Below, piece after piece: positions 60,201 through 64,000 of a stretch of 64,000 bases of DNA (the first letter of the stretch is position 1; each line of letters starts with the position of its first letter). The stretch covers positions 2,453,830 to 2,517,829 of the forward strand of contig CM082593.2 of assembly GCA_040954595.2 (NCBI GenBank), given 5' to 3'. Below the pieces are notes generated by a model. The model was not told the DNA's origin. It was given only the letters and a program-made list of their open reading frames with translations, and ran no database searches. Origin of the DNA: Balanoglossus misakiensis (lineage: Eukaryota > Animalia > Hemichordata). The position numbers and the translations under genes are program-made.

Positions 60201-61028
60201 ACGGATGACACAGTCACTATCAATTAAATTGAAACATCCATCTTTATTACTTATCAGCCATGATGTATTAATTCCTAAAATTGGCAGCAAATCAATCTTC
60301 ACAAATAAGAAATATCATCTTCCAGATTCCATCAGGTTGATATTGTCATGTAACTTTCTCTCTGACCACACATATTTTTATGATCAAAACTATGAAATAT
60401 TATTCCCATTCTTAGTTTTAATAAATAACCAGCTTCCCTATTAATTTTCTTCTGAAATGTGTCATGTATATATATATTCCAGACTTTAAAATCTGATTAG
60501 ATCAATGTATGTTGCAGATTTTGAAATCTGATCTTTGTTCCCCATATCTCCACATGATTCCACCCCTACATTCTAGTGGACGAGCTGAGCAAATACTTTC
60601 ATCCTCAACGCTGAGATGTTGAGAAACTTGAACAGCCCCCAGAAGACGCCAGAAATATTTTAAAGCTGGTTATTATTATGTCTCCGTTGGCTCTCAGTGC
60701 AGAAAAGAAACTTCTCACTTTAAACATATGGTGCGAACCCAAAGCTCTAAAGATAATTAGAAAGTTTTGATTCCAGATATCAGAGACCCAGGGTAAAAAT
60801 AACTACATAAATTTAGAACCCTGGAAGACGTTCTCAGCTGTAGTGGCATTCTTCAGAGCTTGTATATTTACATTGGACAGAAAGCGAGTTCAGCCCATGA
60901 AGCAGGCCAGTGTCAGTCATTAAATATTTTTACAACCCAGCCAGCACAATACATCACACACACTTCATCACCAGACAGGCAGCAATAAGGACGGCCGGCC
61001 CTTTTTAGTCCCTGGGTGTGCTCTGGCT

Positions 61029-61263
61029 TATAAAAGAAGGGGTCCTATATCTTTCAGGTGACCTCATCCGGACAAGAGCAGAGATTTGAAGAAAGCGGTC
61101 AGTGTGGAAACGTCAGCCACCTAGGGTTTTACAGCTGCACGGACATAATTGAACAAGCATCAGGCGTGAGTGCGTGTGTCTGGTACTAGACTGTGGCTGG
61201 TCGTCGCATGCTGCCGACATCTGAAGTCTTTTTAAAATGCCGAGAACATCATAGTCAAGTCAC
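61029..61263 (+). promoter_or_regulatory. TATA box and candidate first exon of an unidentified plus-strand gene
   Basis: TATAAAAG at 61029; donor CAC|gtaagt at 61264 and a second GAG|gtaagt at 61322; ATG at 61208 stays open to the first donor. Confidence 0.4.
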
Positions 61264-61373
61264 GTAAGTGTCAGAATTCTGTTTGCATTGTGTTGTTGTT
61301 TATTGTTGTTGTTTTCTCGAGGTAAGTTCATTTCTATGTGGTCTTCCAGCCTTTGGGGTCTTTGCGATTCCAC

Positions 61374-61438
61374 CTAGTCTAGTATCTAGCCGTGTTTTGT
61401 CCACTTTGCTTCCAAAACATAGCTGGATACTAGACTAG
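61374..61438. repeat. 65-bp hairpin with 26-bp arms
   Basis: ctagtctagtatctagccgtgttttg / caaaacatagctggatactagactag; gattccacc direct repeats at 61366 and 61454. Confidence 0.75.
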
Positions 61439-64000
61439 ATTCTACTTAGACTAGATTCCACCATACTCATGCATGGATAGGCTTTCCGCTAGTGTTCCAC
61501 ACCATATGCAGGCATAAATCTTCACATCCTGACAATCACTCTATGCCAAGCAACTGACATCAAAGCAGTGAATGTGCTTGGTTAGAATTTGCAGGAGTGA
61601 TAACATATCTGCTTGGAGAGATTTCCACGCATTACAAATCATTGATCAATACATTTGTTGCATGATTGTTAATTCATTATGGTGGAGTTCGAGAATGATG
61701 GAAAAAAATAACGTGTGGATAGAAACGTAGACCGAAAACATAATTAGTCTTTCTTGGCACCCCTGGGAATAAGTCATTTTGAAATGGGGGAGCAAATTAC
61801 CTATGAAAGGGGTTTGGTTCTCGCAGTCAATAATGAAAAAGTCTTTTATATCAATCTGTGAAGTGTTTCGTACAAGGATATTCCTTTATTGAAAATGGAC
61901 TATACAAATTGCATCAAGTCTTTATTTGAAATCAGGATTTTTTGGGGGGAGGGGGATGGGGTTGAATTTTCAATGCAAAGATCGTCTGATGCGGTGGGGA
62001 TTAAAGTTCCAAACTCTGTTGGCGCAAATTTAAAGGTGTGTTGTATATACACAATGGTTTTCTTTCTTCACACCCAGCCTTTGTGGCCCACACTACAATG
62101 AACGAATTTGGTTGCTTCAGCTAAGTATACAAACGAAAGATAAAAAAAATCTTTCTTTTTTTTTGTCGTATGTACGTTCTACTTCTCAGCTATACACCTA
62201 GCCCTGTTTCTCCAAATCAAACAACTTGTATTTGTTGTGGGTAGTTTAGGCCCTAGGCATAATCTATGAAGGCATTGAGAAATCAAGGCACATACTTAAT
62301 TACACCAGAAAGTAAATGTACCACTGCCAGGTACTTGGCTTTAATCATGAAAAAAAACAAATATTTGTTTTCTATTCAAGCTTTATCTGTAGTTAGAGTT
62401 TATCTAGGCTACTTTCAACCTGGCAACACTCAGACAGCTTTGTACGTATAAGAACTGGTATACTTCAATGGTATCCAGGACAGTCAGAATTAAGGTCATC
62501 ATTACTTAGTATGAACTGTCACCTTATAAGAATGCAGTGAATTTGACCTCTCAGATGAACTACATCTTTTATCTGATGGCCCAAGCTGGTCATACATGTA
62601 TAACACATGACAGGGGAGTCTGTGTCCTGCTCTGGTCAGCTTCACTCTTATAAGAACTTGAAGAGCTTATTATCGTTTCTGTCATTGGTTGAATCAAAGC
62701 TGAGCACCCCTTGAATAAGAAGTAACACCTGCCTGTGCACCTGTACAAGCGCTTCAGCTAGGGGCTAATCATAAAAGCAGACAGTGCCTGTATACCAGCT
62801 TTGGCTATTTAAAAAGAGATTAAAATAACACCCATGTGTACTGTTATAGACATGAAGTGCACATAATACACCACTATTAGTCTCATCCATAAATATTGCT
62901 GTAAATTTTTGTGAGTCACCATGCAGCCAGTGTTGAGTTACAAATGTGACACCACCAGATGCATTATGGGTAGTCTGTTCCCAAGTTTGGGGGAAGGTCT
63001 GTAATAAAGTGGTTAGTATCTCTTCTTGGGAAGTGGTGCTGGTGTAAACATCCCATGCTTTTAAATTGAACAGTGGACATGAGGTCAACTGAAAAATAGA
63101 TGATGGTGCTTCGTTAGTAGACTGGATATCATCAGGGCTGTTGACATTCACTTTCTCTCTTATCTCTTGGATGTTTATCTTCAGTAAAGAGTTTCAGAGC
63201 GTGCCAGAGACATGGTATGTTACTGATAAGACACTAGAACACTGCGTTATTGTTGCTTGGCTTGGCGGGTGATAGATATTCCTGTGTGTTTTGACATCTT
63301 TGTCAGGGGCTGCACGCAGTGGAAGCAGTTGTGCATGGCTGGGTTTTATGTTCTGTGGTTTTTAAATCCCTGTTCATATTTTTATCCGAGTGTAGACTAG
63401 ATTTGCTACGAAGTGCACGCAGAGTTTTATGTACATAACAATGGACATTTCTCTTTAGTTTTAATGCAGGTAAAGTTGAAAGTACAACTTGTTTTTGTTT
63501 ACCCGTTAGATAGGCAGTATACATTTGAAGTATTTTAAACATGTATTGCATGACAGAGAAACTAATCTGTACAGAGAACTTCTACAAAATAGCCAAGCTG
63601 GTGTCTCACTTCATGTAACAAATATTTGTAAGTTCGTTTCTTGAGAGCAAGCCCTTTGTTGAATTCACTTTAGCATAGGAGACATGCTTGTTGCTGATAT
63701 ACTAGACGCTATGCTTGAATTAGGTTACATGTTGACTGGATTTTAACTGTTGCAATACGTCACACCATTTACCCAGTTTTTATTACCTTACATGAACAAT
63801 TTGGAGAATCTTTGAGACTTATAAGTGGTGTATTAAGGTGTGAAATGATACATACTCGTCCCTGGCTAAATCTGACTTGATCAAAATGTAGAGAAATCAT
63901 TGTACAATCACACGACAGAATTGGAAACACAACTGTGGCTGTGAACCGTTGCAGCAGACAACATCGATTACATTTTAAACTCACTGCTGGTAAATTTAAA

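Overview
Intron-rich eukaryotic (metazoan, probably marine invertebrate) genomic DNA with GT-AG introns; the ORF track only shows exon fragments, so genes were spliced by hand. Five genes are supported. (1) A minus-strand secreted multicopper oxidase (laccase-like; ATG 6050, running off the window start) whose C-terminal tail holds an F-type-lectin-like domain split by two hevein-like chitin-binding exons, then a CUB domain. (2) GBF1 Arf-GEF (+, 10189-23551, ~34 exons). (3) A 13-exon, ~2149-aa minus-strand gene (37462-27941) largely invisible in the ORF track: a TASOR/TEX15-type DUF3715 pseudo-PARP domain, a SPOC-like domain, ~1600 aa of low-complexity sequence and a MEX3-like KH RNA-binding domain. 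This is the most striking item. (4) A KLHDC9-like kelch protein (+, 40997-42451). (5) macroH2A (-, 48809-44796), with an apparent frame break at the ADP-ribose-binding exon. The last ~14 kb has no recognisable coding sequence but several candidate promoter/first-exon modules. Domain assignments rest on remembered family motifs, not on database searches.
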